Counted from the whole stretch's first letter, positions 16,560 through 27,383 are shown. The stretch is 63,255 bases of DNA, filler included, from 5 parts of 5 records of this genome joined end to end with filler, not necessarily neighbours in it; one strand, 5' to 3'. Numbers and translations are program-made. The notes: generated from the letters alone by a model not told the origin.

Positions 16560-17015
16560 CTAGTTCAGGGTGAGAATTGCCCCGTTCAGCAAACCGGCGA
16601 ACAAGACCCACGCCGCATAGGGCAGGAACATAAGGGCCGAAGGCCGGTCGACGCGCCAGCTCGCGATGATAAAGCCGATAACCGTGGCCGCAAGAAGCAG
16701 GATGATCACGAGCGCGGGGCCGATCATGTGGAGCGAAAAGAAGGTGGGTGACCAGGCGAAGTTGAGAACAAGCTGCATCCACCACAGGTGCATTGCATTG
16801 CTCCGGCGTTCGCGCAGCCATATGCGTGCCCCGGCCACGGCAATCAGCACATAAAGCACAGCCCATACTGGGCCGAATATCCAGTTTGGCGGATTGAACG
16901 CCGGTTTTTCAAGCCCCTCATACCAGGTTCCGGGTGCAGTCAGATATCCGACGGCGAGGCCGCCACCGACCACGAGAATAAGGAAAAAGGGGAGGGTGCG
17001 AAGAAGCGGCATCAT
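16560..17015 (-). CDS. tspO: TspO/MBR tryptophan-rich sensory protein
   Basis: WYEGLEKPAFNPPNWIFGPVW, QLVLNFAWSPTFF, LPYAAWVLFA. Confidence 0.95.
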   Translation of the reverse strand: MMPLLRTLPFFLILVVGGGLAVGYLTAPGTWYEGLEKPAFNPPNWIFGPVWAVLYVLIAVAGARIWLRERRSNAMHLWWMQLVLNFAWSPTFFSLHMIGPALVIILLLAATVIGFIIASWRVDRPSALMFLPYAAWVLFAGLLNGAILTLN

Positions 17016-17252
17016 TTTGTTCCATTTGGTGGCTCGGATCGGCAAAACCTGCTCGGGCTGGAACCAGCTTATGCCGCAACGCATTAACGTTCGAGGGGGA
17101 GATGTGTTCCTGCCGCGCGGGAAGGCCCGGCCACAGCCAAAAATCTACGGCGGAAAGCATGGTGCCCCGGTTGCCGTGTGGCACACGCATCTGTATTGCC
17201 GAAAGAAGACTGCGCCCATTCGCAGAGCCCACATCCCACCAGGGAGGTCCAT

Positions 17253-18668
17253 TTGAGCGAACCCGAAGGACTGAACGAAGACGCCGGCGCCGAAGGCGCG
17301 GAGGCAATGGGCATCTATGATGCGGATGGTGTGGTGGCAGCACCCTTTCTGGCCCATATCGGTGCAGCGATTGCCGACCGGGACACCATTACCCTCCGTC
17401 AGGAGATCGGTGCGCTTCATCAGTCCGAAGTCGGCGATCTTCTCGAAGCTCTTCTTCCCGACCAGCGCCTCGCGCTTGTCGTGCTTATGGGAGATGATTT
17501 CGATTACACCGCGCTGACCGAGGTGGACGAGGCAATCCGTCTCGAAATTCTGGAAAACCTGCCCAATCAACAAGTGGCGCGCGCCGTTGAGCAGCTGGAT
17601 TCGGACGACGCCGTTTATATTCTGGAGGACCTCGACCAGCAGGACCAGGATGAGATTCTGGCCGAGCTTCCCTTCACGGAGCGCGTGCGCCTGCGCCGTT
17701 CCCTGGGCTACCCGGAGGAGACCGCCGGCCGGCGCATGCAGACGGAGTTTGTCGCTGTGCCGCCGTTCTGGACCGTTGGCCAGACCATCGATTATATGCG
17801 GGAGGAGCAGAACCTCCCGGAAAGCTTCGCGCAGATTTTTGTCATCGATCCCACATTCCGGCTCGTGGGCGCGGTCGACCTCGATCGCATCCTGCGCACG
17901 AAACGTGGCGTGAAAATCGAGGATATAATGCGCGAGACGCGCCACGCCATCCCGGCCACGATGGACCAGGAAGAAGCGGCGCAGATCTTTGAGAAATACG
18001 ATCTCCTGTCGGCTGCGGTTGTTGACGAGAACGAACGCCTGGTCGGTGTGCTCACTATTGACGACGTGGTCGACGTTATCCAGCAGGAAGCGGAGGAAGA
18101 CCTTTTGCGCCTCGGCGGCGTCGGCGACGAAGAGCTTTCCGACCGTGTCTGGACCGCTGCGCGCTCACGCGTACCCTGGCTTATGGTCAATCTGATCACC
18201 GCATTCCTGGCAGCTTCCGTAATCGGCCTCTTCGATGACACGATCGAGAAAGTCGTCGCGCTCGCGATCCTGATGCCGATCGTCGCTGGCATGGGTGGGA
18301 ATGCCGGGTCACAAACCATGACCGTCACGGTGCGCGCGCTCGCCACCCGCGACATCGACATTTACAATGCCGGCCGCATCATCCGTCGTGAAATGGGGGT
18401 CGGCCTCCTGAACGGTGTCGTTTTCGCAACGCTGATCGGCGTGGTCGCGGCCGCTTGGTTCCAGGACTACAATCTGGGCGGCATCATTGCTGCGGCGATG
18501 ATAATCAACATGTTCGTCGCTGCCCTTGGCGGCATCCTCATTCCGCTCCTGCTTGATCGCGTTGGCGCTGACCCGGCGGTGGCATCGGCGGTTTTCGTCA
18601 CCGCAGTCACTGATGTGGTCGGCTTCCTCGCTTTCCTCGGCCTCGCCACCTGGTGGTTTGGGATATAG
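17253..18668 (+). CDS. mgtE: Magnesium transporter MgtE
   Basis: Acidic N domain, CBS pair (YPEETAGRRM), GMGGNAGSQ, DPAVASAVFVTAVTDVVG; TTG 17253 after GGGAGG. Confidence 0.96.
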   Translation: MSEPEGLNEDAGAEGAEAMGIYDADGVVAAPFLAHIGAAIADRDTITLRQEIGALHQSEVGDLLEALLPDQRLALVVLMGDDFDYTALTEVDEAIRLEILENLPNQQVARAVEQLDSDDAVYILEDLDQQDQDEILAELPFTERVRLRRSLGYPEETAGRRMQTEFVAVPPFWTVGQTIDYMREEQNLPESFAQIFVIDPTFRLVGAVDLDRILRTKRGVKIEDIMRETRHAIPATMDQEEAAQIFEKYDLLSAAVVDENERLVGVLTIDDVVDVIQQEAEEDLLRLGGVGDEELSDRVWTAARSRVPWLMVNLITAFLAASVIGLFDDTIEKVVALAILMPIVAGMGGNAGSQTMTVTVRALATRDIDIYNAGRIIRREMGVGLLNGVVFATLIGVVAAAWFQDYNLGGIIAAAMIINMFVAALGGILIPLLLDRVGADPAVASAVFVTAVTDVVGFLAFLGLATWWFGI

Positions 18669-18677
18669 TTCATTAGT

Positions 18678-19970
18678 TCAGGCGGGCAGGGGCGTTGCCG
18701 AGCGGCGCGCGCGGTAGAGAATGAAAAAGGCGATGGCCATATTGCCGAGGTTCCAGGCGATCCCGTTAAGGAAAGCGGCCTGATAAGAGCCTGTCAGGTC
18801 ATAAATCCAGCCCGACATCCATCCCCCAAGTGCCATGCCTATAATGGTTGCCATGATCACGACGCCCATGCGCTGACCCGCTTCACGCGCCGGCAGATAC
18901 TCACGCACGATGATCGCGTAGCTGGGCACGATGCCACCTTGCGACAGACCGAAGATGAACGAAACCATGTAAAGCGAGGCGAGCCCGTTGAAGGGAATGT
19001 AGAGGAACAGCGAGAGGCATTGCAGAACCGACCCGATCAACAGTGTCGGCACACCGCCGATACGGTCGGCGAGCAGACCTGAGACCAGTCTGCTGGCGAT
19101 GCCCGCGCCCAGCATGAGAGACAGCATCTCCGCGCCGCGCGCGATATCGAAGCCCAGGTCGATGCAATAGGCGACGATGTGAACCTGCGGCATCGACATG
19201 GCGACGCAACAGCCCAGCCCGGCAAGCACCAGAAGCGTTTGCAGCATTCGGGGTGACAGGTCGATCGGTTTTCGTCCACCGGGACGCCGTAAATGGGCGG
19301 CTGCGATGTCGTCAGCCTGATTCACATCGGGTCTGGCCCGCATGAGCATGGCCAGCGGCACGATACTGGCGATGCAAAAAATGCCGATGCCAAGAAAGGT
19401 CACCCGCCAGCTTGTGTGTTCCAGCGCAAATTTGATGACGGTCGGCCAAAGCACGCCCGAAAGATAATTGCCGCAGGCCACTGCCGCCACGGCGATTCCT
19501 CGCCGCTTTTCGAACCAGTGGGAGATGTCGGCCAGAAGCGGGCCAAAACAGGCCGATCCACCAAGCCCGATCAGCCCCTGCAGAATGACGAACTGCCAGA
19601 GTGCGGTTGTGAAGCTGGAGGCGACAAAGCCTGCGCCAAGCACGGCCCCCGCGATGGCCACGGGCAGCGCCACACCAATTCGATCTGCAAACCGCCCGAT
19701 GAGCACGTTGCCGAGTGCAAAGCCGATCATCGAGCTCGTATAGGGCAGGGAGGCGGCCGCCCGATCGACACCAAACTCTGCCTGGATGGGTGGCAGAACG
19801 ACCACGAACGCCCACAGCCCCACCGTGCCGAATGTGCCCAGAAGCAATGCAATCGTCATACGGAACCAGGCATAGGAACCGTCGATCATCGCATCGCTGG
19901 CGCTATGGGCGTGGCGCTGTTGCAAGCTGGTTGATCCTTGTCCGAGAGCATTCTGCCCGCGCCTGCTCAA
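18678..19970 (-). CDS. MFS transporter
   Basis: About 12 hydrophobic helices, GRFADRIG and GLLADRIGG motif A; start uncertain. Confidence 0.92.
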   Translation of the reverse strand: MSRRGQNALGQGSTSLQQRHAHSASDAMIDGSYAWFRMTIALLLGTFGTVGLWAFVVVLPPIQAEFGVDRAAASLPYTSSMIGFALGNVLIGRFADRIGVALPVAIAGAVLGAGFVASSFTTALWQFVILQGLIGLGGSACFGPLLADISHWFEKRRGIAVAAVACGNYLSGVLWPTVIKFALEHTSWRVTFLGIGIFCIASIVPLAMLMRARPDVNQADDIAAAHLRRPGGRKPIDLSPRMLQTLLVLAGLGCCVAMSMPQVHIVAYCIDLGFDIARGAEMLSLMLGAGIASRLVSGLLADRIGGVPTLLIGSVLQCLSLFLYIPFNGLASLYMVSFIFGLSQGGIVPSYAIIVREYLPAREAGQRMGVVIMATIIGMALGGWMSGWIYDLTGSYQAAFLNGIAWNLGNMAIAFFILYRARRSATPLPA

Positions 19971-20264
19971 TCTGCGCGAACTGGCCTGCTTTCATAGCTC
20001 AGCGATAAAATGTGCCGTAGGGCCACGCCCGCTTCGGCGCCTGTCCATGCGACCGATGGGGCGGCTCACTGTCTGGTTTCCCACACTATATGCGCAAGCC
20101 GGCTGTCCCATCCGCTCCCGAAATTGTATTCATCGGTTCCGCCAACGGACTCGTCCGCCGCGTTATCCGGCCTCAATTGTCCGCCTTGGCGAACCGGCAG
20201 CCGGTGCGCGTCCATGTATCGAGCGCGCTCTTTCCCGGAGTTCCCACACATAAGGTTCAGGAAA

Positions 20265-20279
20265 TTGACTTTTACGTAA
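20265..20279 (+). promoter_or_regulatory. Possible LiuR-type operator half-site overlapping a -35 box
   Basis: TTGACTTTTACGTAA upstream of a LiuR-like MerR gene; the right arm of the usual palindrome is degenerate. Confidence 0.4.
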
Positions 20280-20458
20280 GAACCGTGCGACTTTGTTTTT
20301 CCTCGCTAAACAAATGCTCCAGTTTGGAGATAAAGCGGGGCGGGCATCGGCAGGTTGCAGCCTGCCGCATCATCCGGAAAAAGAATAATGCGGCACTCAC
20401 CATTGGGGCAACGTCCGGCATGGGCGTCAGGGGAGCCGTCATAAAAGGGCAGGGCGCA

Positions 20459-20845
20459 ATGCGCGATTACTACTCCATCACCGAGCTGACGCGTGAGTTC
20501 GGGATTTCCACACGGACGCTGCGCTTTTACGAGGATGAAGGGTTGATCAAGCCCGTTCGCCGCGGTCGCACGCGGCTTTACCGGCCGTCCGACCGGCACC
20601 TCGTGCGGCAGATTTTGCGAGGACGCAGTATTGGTTTTTCGATTGCCGAGATTCGCGAGATCATAGAGGTTTACAAGGCGCCACCTGGAGAGATCGGGCA
20701 ACTCAAGCTCATGCTCGCCCGGATTTCTGAAAAGCAGCAGGATTTGCGCCAGAAGCGCCGGGATCTCGAAGACACACTTGAAGAATTGGCGCGCGCGGAA
20801 GAAGCCTGCGTGGAGCGCCTGGCGGAACTTGGTGTGACAACCTGA
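20459..20845 (+). CDS. MerR-family regulator (LiuR-like)
   Basis: YSITELTREFGISTRTLRFYEDEGLI...RGRSIGFSIAEIRE; start reassigned to ATG 20459. Confidence 0.92.
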   Translation: MRDYYSITELTREFGISTRTLRFYEDEGLIKPVRRGRTRLYRPSDRHLVRQILRGRSIGFSIAEIREIIEVYKAPPGEIGQLKLMLARISEKQQDLRQKRRDLEDTLEELARAEEACVERLAELGVTT

Positions 20846-20860
20846 TTGTGATGCGACCGC

Positions 20861-21337
20861 TTAGAACCAGCGGCGTACACGTTTCTGATAATCCCGATAT
20901 TTTTTGCCAAATCGCACTGCGAGATGGCGCTCTTCAGGCTCGATCGCGAGCTTTTGCGTTAGGAAGCAGGCGATGGCGAGAAGCACGAGAAACCATGGAT
21001 TGCCCGATACCAGGGCGATCCCTGCAAGAAGCATTGAATTGCCGAGATAGATAGGATTTCGGCTGATCGCGAATGGCCCGCTCGTGACCAGTGCATCTGC
21101 GCCGCGCGTGGGCAGGATGGCCGTTCCCGCCCTGTGGAGCGTCCGCATGGCCTGCACGTCGAGTATCACGAATCCGACGATGAGCAGGCAGCCTATGGCA
21201 AAAAGTATGTCTGCAAGCGGCGGGCCGAACCATCCCAGCGGATAGAACACGCCCAGCGTTGCGGCGATGGCAATTGCCGCCAGATAGATGACAGGTGGCC
21301 ATGGAAATCGAGCCGGTTGCCGTTCAGGGTCGTTCAT
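20861..21337 (-). CDS. Isoprenylcysteine carboxylmethyltransferase-family membrane protein
   Basis: LVTSGPFAISRNPIYLG, EERHLAVRFGKKYRDYQKRVRRW. Confidence 0.9.
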   Translation of the reverse strand: MNDPERQPARFPWPPVIYLAAIAIAATLGVFYPLGWFGPPLADILFAIGCLLIVGFVILDVQAMRTLHRAGTAILPTRGADALVTSGPFAISRNPIYLGNSMLLAGIALVSGNPWFLVLLAIACFLTQKLAIEPEERHLAVRFGKKYRDYQKRVRRWF

Positions 21338-22322
21338 TCGTAAGGTCCCGCTGCGTGAAATCGCTCCCCGCTTCTGCACGCATAGTGCATTCGGTTGCGA
21401 TTTGGCTCAAGCGGCTTTGCATCTCTTTTCCCGGCTTGCCCGACATGACCAGGTCAAGACGATTCTCGGTTTCCAGTGTGTTGGTGAAGCACGCGCAATA
21501 GGTTGCACAAAAGCCTGCATCGCGCGCTTCCCCGCATTGGCGCGTACATTCTTGTGTAAAGCGGATATCGGCAGGCGCGACTGCCGGCGGCCAGACCTGG
21601 GCCAACATCCAGACGCATGCAATGAGAACTGGCTGGTGGAGAAGATAGAAGGCGAGGCTATGGCGACCCGCAAAGGCGACGGGGGCCAGCCAGTTCCCCG
21701 GCTTCAGAAGGGCAATCGCGTGAAGAAAACCTGTCTCTTTTGCAATGCGGGCGGCGGCGATGCCGGCAATGACGGCTCCGAACCAGGGAACCAGCGGGAC
21801 ATAGTCATTTGACGGGGGACGAAACGTGGAAAGTCCGACCCACCAAAGAGCCGGTGTATCGAACAATGGCGCGCTAAACACATGAGGTGCAGCAAAAAAC
21901 CCGGTGGCGAGCCCCAAAAGAAGCCAGGCCGGAAAGCTCAGAAAGGCGAGACCGAGCAGGCTTGCCACCGCAATGTGATGCAGGATCCCGAAAAAGATAA
22001 AGCCCTGCGGCAGAGCGAACCAGGTCGCGACCGAGATTGCGGCCGCAGCCACGGTGATCATGGCCAGGCGTTTCAGGAAGCCCGCCCAGCGGATACGTTT
22101 CTGATGAGCTAAAAACAGGCTGGCGCCAACCAGAAACAGGAAGGAGGATGCGATGGCACGTGCAAAAAGACGCCATCCACCGGAGACCGTGGTGCCAGCG
22201 TCCATATAGCCGAAGAACTCAAGGTCCCAGCTGAAATGATAGACTGCCATGGCGATGAGTGCGCCGCCGCGCGCGATATCAATGGCTTCGATGCGTGATT
22301 TGCCGGCCGCTTGGTGCCGCAT
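21324..22322 (-). CDS. DUF1624 / heparan-alpha-glucosaminide N-acetyltransferase-like membrane protein
   Basis: RIEAIDIARGGALIAMAVYHFSWDL, FFGILHHIA, DYVPLVPWFG, GRHSLAFYLLHQP. Confidence 0.88.
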   Translation of the reverse strand: MRHQAAGKSRIEAIDIARGGALIAMAVYHFSWDLEFFGYMDAGTTVSGGWRLFARAIASSFLFLVGASLFLAHQKRIRWAGFLKRLAMITVAAAAISVATWFALPQGFIFFGILHHIAVASLLGLAFLSFPAWLLLGLATGFFAAPHVFSAPLFDTPALWWVGLSTFRPPSNDYVPLVPWFGAVIAGIAAARIAKETGFLHAIALLKPGNWLAPVAFAGRHSLAFYLLHQPVLIACVWMLAQVWPPAVAPADIRFTQECTRQCGEARDAGFCATYCACFTNTLETENRLDLVMSGKPGKEMQSRLSQIATECTMRAEAGSDFTQRDLTNERP

Positions 22323-22409
22323 CGTGTAATCGCCCCGGTATAATCATTGTTTTATGTTGTGATTATATTAGTCGGCGCTAAAAGTGGCCGAAAGACGGAG
22401 AGGTTTTCA

Positions 22410-23240
22410 ATGCAGACAGTTGAGACGAACGGTGCATCCATCCCGGTCCTGGGAATGGGAACCTGGACTTTGAAGGGGCAGGCCTGCACGGAGCTCGTTT
22501 CGCATGCGTTGAAGGTTGGATACCGCCATATCGATACCGCTGCCGCCTATGACAACGAGGAAGCCGTTGGCCAGGGCATTCGTGCCTCGGGAGTGAAGCG
22601 GGACGATGTTTTCCTGACCACCAAGGTCTGGTGGACCGACATCGCGGCTGGTGACCTTGAGCGTTCCGCAGAGGCGAGCTTGTCGCGGCTGGGCTTTGAC
22701 CATGTCGACCTTCTGTTGATCCACTGGCCGAACCCGGATGTAGACCTCACTGAAAGCATGAAGGCCCTGAACCGCGTGAGGGCGAGCGGAGCCGCGCGCC
22801 ATATTGGCGTGTCCAACTTTCCGACAGATCTTCTGGCCGAGGCGGTTCGCCTTTCCGAAGCCCCCCTCGTTGCAAATCAGGTTGAGTATCATCCTTTTTT
22901 GAAGCAGGACCGGGTATATGCCGCGTGCCGCGACGCAGGTATGGCAATGGTCTCCTATTGCCCACTGGCGCGGGGAGGTGATCTGTTCTCGCAACCGGAG
23001 GTGGCAGGTCCGGCTGAACGCTATGGCAAGACACCGGCGCAGATCGTGTTGCGCTGGCATGTGCAGCAGGAAGGCGTGATCGCTATTCCACGGACCAGCA
23101 ATCCAGCGCGTTTGGCCGAGAACGCAGACATATTCGATTTTTCGCTAGGTGCTGAGGAAATGCGCTCTATCTCCGCCTTGCAGCACCGAGGGGTTCGCAT
23201 CTGCGACTATGACTTCTCGCCCGTGTGGGACCCGGTTTGA
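22410..23240 (+). CDS. Aldo/keto reductase
   Basis: GYRHIDTAAAYDNE, LLLIHWP, IGVSNF, NQVEYHP. Confidence 0.95.
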   Translation: MQTVETNGASIPVLGMGTWTLKGQACTELVSHALKVGYRHIDTAAAYDNEEAVGQGIRASGVKRDDVFLTTKVWWTDIAAGDLERSAEASLSRLGFDHVDLLLIHWPNPDVDLTESMKALNRVRASGAARHIGVSNFPTDLLAEAVRLSEAPLVANQVEYHPFLKQDRVYAACRDAGMAMVSYCPLARGGDLFSQPEVAGPAERYGKTPAQIVLRWHVQQEGVIAIPRTSNPARLAENADIFDFSLGAEEMRSISALQHRGVRICDYDFSPVWDPV

Positions 23241-23338
23241 ACCTCTCGGGACACAGCAGGTTAACCCTGCGTTAGCTGATGTAAAATAGGGTACTCACGG
23301 TTGTCATCGGCTCCACTCTTGCGTGGTGTCTGACGGTC

Positions 23339-24442
23339 ATGCCTTTGGGGGAAGGTGGACGGCGCATGTTGCAGACTTCAGGCGCCCCGGAGAAGGGGCC
23401 CACCGACATTGCCGGCATGATTGCAGGCTCCATGCGCCGCATGGGGGTGACCGGTCTGCCGCGCAATTACGAGATTTTTTACGAGGTCTTTACCGGTTCG
23501 AACCGCGATCTTGTGCGCGATTTCGAAGCGTTGAACGGCCGCCCGACCCAGGAAGCCCTGGACAAGCTGGCTCTCAAATACTTCACGCAGAACAACCGGC
23601 AAGCCATCGTCGAGGATGCGCAGGAGCAGATCGCCACGCGAGCGCAGGAAATTCTGTCGCTGCTTGGCCGCGAGCGCAGTTCGCTGGAAAAGTTCGGTGT
23701 GATCCTTGATCAGACCTCCAACGGGCTCAACGGCCGCAGCGCCATTACCCACGATCTCATGCGCAAGATCGTGGGCATCATGGCTGCTGCCACGGAGACG
23801 ACGATCGCCCAGGGGCGTCAGATCACGCAGGCCATGGAAGAAAAATCCAGCGAGCTTGAAGAAATGCGCACGCAGCTCCAGAGGTACAAACGCCTTGCCG
23901 ATACCGATCCCTTGACGAGGATCTGGAACCGCCGGGCCTTTGACAAGCGCATGGCCGGCATCTTCGACGAACAGCGCTCTGTCATGTTCAACGCGCTGAT
24001 CCTTGCAGATATCGACGGTTTCAAGGCGATCAACGATCAATACGGTCATCCCGTTGGCGACAAGATCCTGCAGGGCGTCGCCCAGATTCTCAAGACCCAG
24101 TGCGTAGACGACTGTTTTGTCGCGAGAACGGGTGGAGAGGAGTTCGCCATCATCGTGGAAGGTCTCACTGAGGAGGCGACCGTGAAACTTGCGGAAACGA
24201 TGCGCCTCGCCGTCGAAAAGGCCGAATTCGTTGTAGGATCCGGCGCTCGCAAGTGCGGGCCCATTCGTATATCGCTTGGCGTATGCATGGCAACCGATGC
24301 TGCCAATGCCGATGAACTCTACGCCAAGACGGACCAGGCGCTTTATGCGTCCAAGGTGGACGGGCGCAACCGCGTTACCCTGTTCTCCAGCATTCCCAGG
24401 GGCAAGTTCATGAAGAACTGGCTGCTCTACAGAAACGATTGA
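23339..24442 (+). CDS. Diguanylate cyclase (GGDEF)
   Basis: TDPLTRIWNRR, DIDGFKAINDQYGHPVGD, ARTGGEEF; no canonical RxxD inhibitory site. Confidence 0.93.
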   Translation: MPLGEGGRRMLQTSGAPEKGPTDIAGMIAGSMRRMGVTGLPRNYEIFYEVFTGSNRDLVRDFEALNGRPTQEALDKLALKYFTQNNRQAIVEDAQEQIATRAQEILSLLGRERSSLEKFGVILDQTSNGLNGRSAITHDLMRKIVGIMAAATETTIAQGRQITQAMEEKSSELEEMRTQLQRYKRLADTDPLTRIWNRRAFDKRMAGIFDEQRSVMFNALILADIDGFKAINDQYGHPVGDKILQGVAQILKTQCVDDCFVARTGGEEFAIIVEGLTEEATVKLAETMRLAVEKAEFVVGSGARKCGPIRISLGVCMATDAANADELYAKTDQALYASKVDGRNRVTLFSSIPRGKFMKNWLLYRND

Positions 24443-24596
24443 TGCACACGTCCGCGACGGGATGCATTTTTCTAAACTTCGCATATAGTTTGACGAAAAC
24501 CGCGCCGAATTTCGCCCGATTTGTGATACACGGGGGCTTAAGGGGCGATTTGCGCGCGATTCCAGTCGCAGATATTGAAAAGTGAGGATACGGACT

Positions 24597-25256
24597 ATGT
24601 TGAAGAAATCCATCGCGGTTGCGCTCGTGGCAGGCTTTTCTGCCGGCTGCGTGACCAGCACGGATCCCTACACCGGTCAGCAGAAGATCTCCAACACGGC
24701 CGGCGGGGCTGCGCTTGGTGCGCTGGCGGGTGCAGGCGTTGGACTTCTGGCCGGTGGCGATGATCGTCGCAACGCGCTGATCGGCGCAGGCATCGGCGCA
24801 CTGGCCGGTGGCGCGGTCGGCTCCTACATGGACCAGCAGGAAGCGCAGTTGCGTGGCCAGTTGCAGGGTACCGGCGTGAGTGTCACCCGCCAGGGCGACT
24901 ACATCATCCTCAACATGCCTTCCAACATCACCTTCGCAACCGACTCAGCCAACATTCAGCCGGCCTTCTATTCCACGCTGAATTCCGTCGCTCTGGTTCT
25001 TCAGAAATACAATCGCACGCTGGTGGACGTCTTTGGTCATACCGACTCCACGGGCGATGCAAATTACAATCTGGAGCTCTCACAGCGCCGCGCCGGGGCC
25101 GTTGCCAATTACCTTATTGGTCAGGGCGCGAGCAGCCAGCGTTTTGCGATTATCGGCCAGGGCGAGGCTCAGCCGATCGCCTCCAACGCGACGCCGGAAG
25201 GCCGCGCACAGAACCGCCGCGTGGAGATTCGCCTGTCGCCGCTCACCGGCGCCTGA
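24597..25256 (+). CDS. OmpA-family lipoprotein (YiaD-like)
   Basis: Lipobox FSAGC, glycine zipper, GHTDSTG, GRAQNRRVEI. Confidence 0.93.
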   Translation: MLKKSIAVALVAGFSAGCVTSTDPYTGQQKISNTAGGAALGALAGAGVGLLAGGDDRRNALIGAGIGALAGGAVGSYMDQQEAQLRGQLQGTGVSVTRQGDYIILNMPSNITFATDSANIQPAFYSTLNSVALVLQKYNRTLVDVFGHTDSTGDANYNLELSQRRAGAVANYLIGQGASSQRFAIIGQGEAQPIASNATPEGRAQNRRVEIRLSPLTGA

Positions 25257-25279
25257 TCCCTCACGCTATATGCAAGACA

Positions 25280-25311
25280 GAAAAGCCGCCGGCACCAGCT
25301 GGCGGCTTTTC
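25280..25311. terminator. Bidirectional terminator
   Basis: GAAAAGCCGCC-loop-GGCGGCTTTTC between convergent genes. Confidence 0.85.
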
Positions 25312-25325
25312 CGTTTTGGGAAATG

Positions 25326-26243
25326 CTATCCGGCGGCCATCGCCGTGGCGATGCGCGCCGCGAGCCGCGCATTGTTTTTTACCAACGCAATATTGGTAAC
25401 GAGGCTCGCGCCGCCCGTCAGTTCCAGAATCCGGGCCAGAAGGAATGGCGTCACATCCTTGCCCGATATACCTTTTTCGTTCGCTTCGCGCTGTGCCGTC
25501 AGAATATGTCCGGACATCACATCGGCAGCGATCTCGTCTTCCGCGGCAACCGGATTGGCGATCAGCATGCCGCCGTCGATCCCGAGCGCCGCGCGGGTCG
25601 CCTGAAAACGCGCGATGGCTTCGGCCGTGTCGAGGCGTAGCGGTGCGGGATAGGGGGATTGGCGCGACCAGAAGGCTGGCATTGTGTCGGTACCAAAGGC
25701 GATTACGGGAACGCCCCGGGTTTCCAGCACTTCCAGCGTCTTCTCGGTATCCAGTATCGCCTTCGGCCCTGCAGAGACGACGATAACGGGTGTCCGAGAC
25801 AATTCGTCGAGATCGGCCGAAATGTCGAAGCTCGTCTCAGCTCCCTTGTGAACACCGCCGATGCCGCCCGTGGCGAAAACATGTATGCCAGCCATGTGCG
25901 CGGCGATCATTGTCGCGGCCACGGTCGTGCCGCCGCTTTTCCCCTCGGCAATGGCAAAGGCCAGATCTGCGCGCGACAGCTTCATCGGATCCGTCGCCTG
26001 CGCCAGGGCTTCGCGTTCCTGATCCGACAGACCAATCTTCAGCCGTCCGTCGACCACTGCAATGGTGGCGGGGACGGCGCCTTCCTCGCGGATCAGTGCC
26101 TCCACGTCTCCGGCCATCTCGTTGTTGCGCGGCCAGGGCATGCCATGGGTGATGATGGTGCTCTCCAGTGCCACCACCGGCTTGCCTTCGGCAAGGGCTT
26201 CGGCGACCGGCGCATGGACATCGATAATGTTGTTGGAACGCAC
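25326..26243 (-). CDS. psuG: Pseudouridine-5'-phosphate glycosidase
   Basis: PVVALESTIITHGMP, GGTTVAATM, FATGGIGGVH, GKDVTPFLL. Confidence 0.96.
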   Translation of the reverse strand: MRSNNIIDVHAPVAEALAEGKPVVALESTIITHGMPWPRNNEMAGDVEALIREEGAVPATIAVVDGRLKIGLSDQEREALAQATDPMKLSRADLAFAIAEGKSGGTTVAATMIAAHMAGIHVFATGGIGGVHKGAETSFDISADLDELSRTPVIVVSAGPKAILDTEKTLEVLETRGVPVIAFGTDTMPAFWSRQSPYPAPLRLDTAEAIARFQATRAALGIDGGMLIANPVAAEDEIAADVMSGHILTAQREANEKGISGKDVTPFLLARILELTGGASLVTNIALVKNNARLAARIATAMAAG

Positions 26244-26258
26244 GGGAAAACTCCTTTA

Positions 26259-27206
26259 TCAGACAGGTCGCGGGGCGGGCACCCGCGCGAGCGCCGCATC
26301 GAAGGCGCTATTATCGAATTCGGGCGCTGCCGAGGCGGAGCCAACAGCAAGTCCAGAGGCGGCCACGCCTTCGCGTGCGGCCTCCTGAATGGACAGGCCA
26401 CGGATCAGGGCTGCAACGGTTGCACCAGCCAGCGCGTCGCCGGCGCCGGTCACATCTACGAGGGCATCCAGCTGTGGCGGTTCGATCTGCCACTGGTTTT
26501 CGGGCGTGAATACCGTCACGGCGGCGCTGCCCTCGGTGATGACGGCGGCGCGCAGGCCGAGATCACGCAGCGCTTGCACCGCCAGCGGGATCGAAGCTGC
26601 GGACTGAAGCCCGGCAAGACTGCGCGCCTCACGCGCATTCATGAAAAGCACGGAGAGTCCGGAAAAAACGGGTATCAGCCGCCTGGCCTTTGCTGGTGAG
26701 ACGGCGATCGCGTAAAGAGGCGCGGCTCCGCGGATAGATGCGAGCTGCGCCAGTGCCTCCGGGGGCAGGTTGGCATCGCAGAGTATGGCATCGGACCCAG
26801 CCGCAGCGTCCCGCGTTTTCGAGCGGCTCATCTGCTTGGCGAACGCAACATCATAAAGTGCCATATCCGCAAGACCGGTGATAAGCTCGCCGTCATGATC
26901 AAGAATAGCAGTGTAGCTTGGTGTCACCCGGTCGAGAAAGGTCGCCGAGAGATCTTCGATACCGGCTTCCTCCACCGCGCGCGCCACGGCTTCGCCCGCT
27001 GCATCCCCGCCTCGCAGTGAAAGGAGCGATACGGACACACCGCGCCGGGTAGCCATGCACGCAGCATTGAAAATTCCTCCGCCGACCTCTTCGCGCATGC
27101 GTCCGGGGTTGGAAGTGGCGGGAATGTGTGCCGCATCGAGACGTCCGCGACGGTCCATATGGGCGCCGCCGACAGCAAAGAGTCGAGGTGGGCTGGTCAC
27201 GTTCAT
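26259..27206 (-). CDS. PfkB-family kinase, probable pseudouridine kinase
   Basis: SNPG...GGG..N, DVTGAGDA; directly upstream of psuG. Confidence 0.85.
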   Translation of the reverse strand: MNVTSPPRLFAVGGAHMDRRGRLDAAHIPATSNPGRMREEVGGGIFNAACMATRRGVSVSLLSLRGGDAAGEAVARAVEEAGIEDLSATFLDRVTPSYTAILDHDGELITGLADMALYDVAFAKQMSRSKTRDAAAGSDAILCDANLPPEALAQLASIRGAAPLYAIAVSPAKARRLIPVFSGLSVLFMNAREARSLAGLQSAASIPLAVQALRDLGLRAAVITEGSAAVTVFTPENQWQIEPPQLDALVDVTGAGDALAGATVAALIRGLSIQEAAREGVAASGLAVGSASAAPEFDNSAFDAALARVPAPRPV

Positions 27207-27302
27207 CGGGCCGCTTCCCGAATCGCCTGGCGCGGTGATATCCCCCCGCTCTCTGCCCGGGCATCTGAGCCCCGAGAGCGGGCGCAGATTGTGAATTCAG
27301 GC

Positions 27303-27383
27303 GTACAAAAATAGAACAAAATGCATTTATGCTGTTTTTTCAATGCTCTACTGCCTATTGCAAAAATAGAACAAAAAGGGTAC
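27303..27383 (+). promoter_or_regulatory. Two alphaproteobacterial LexA (SOS) boxes
   Basis: GTAC-N7-GAAC (27303-27317) and GAAC-N7-GTAC (27369-27383) upstream of recA; TTGCAA -35 at 27358. Confidence 0.85.

Noticed and set aside
17085-17252. Mg-sensing riboswitch or leader peptide upstream of mgtE
   Set aside because: No M-box-like structure or convincing leader ORF recognised.
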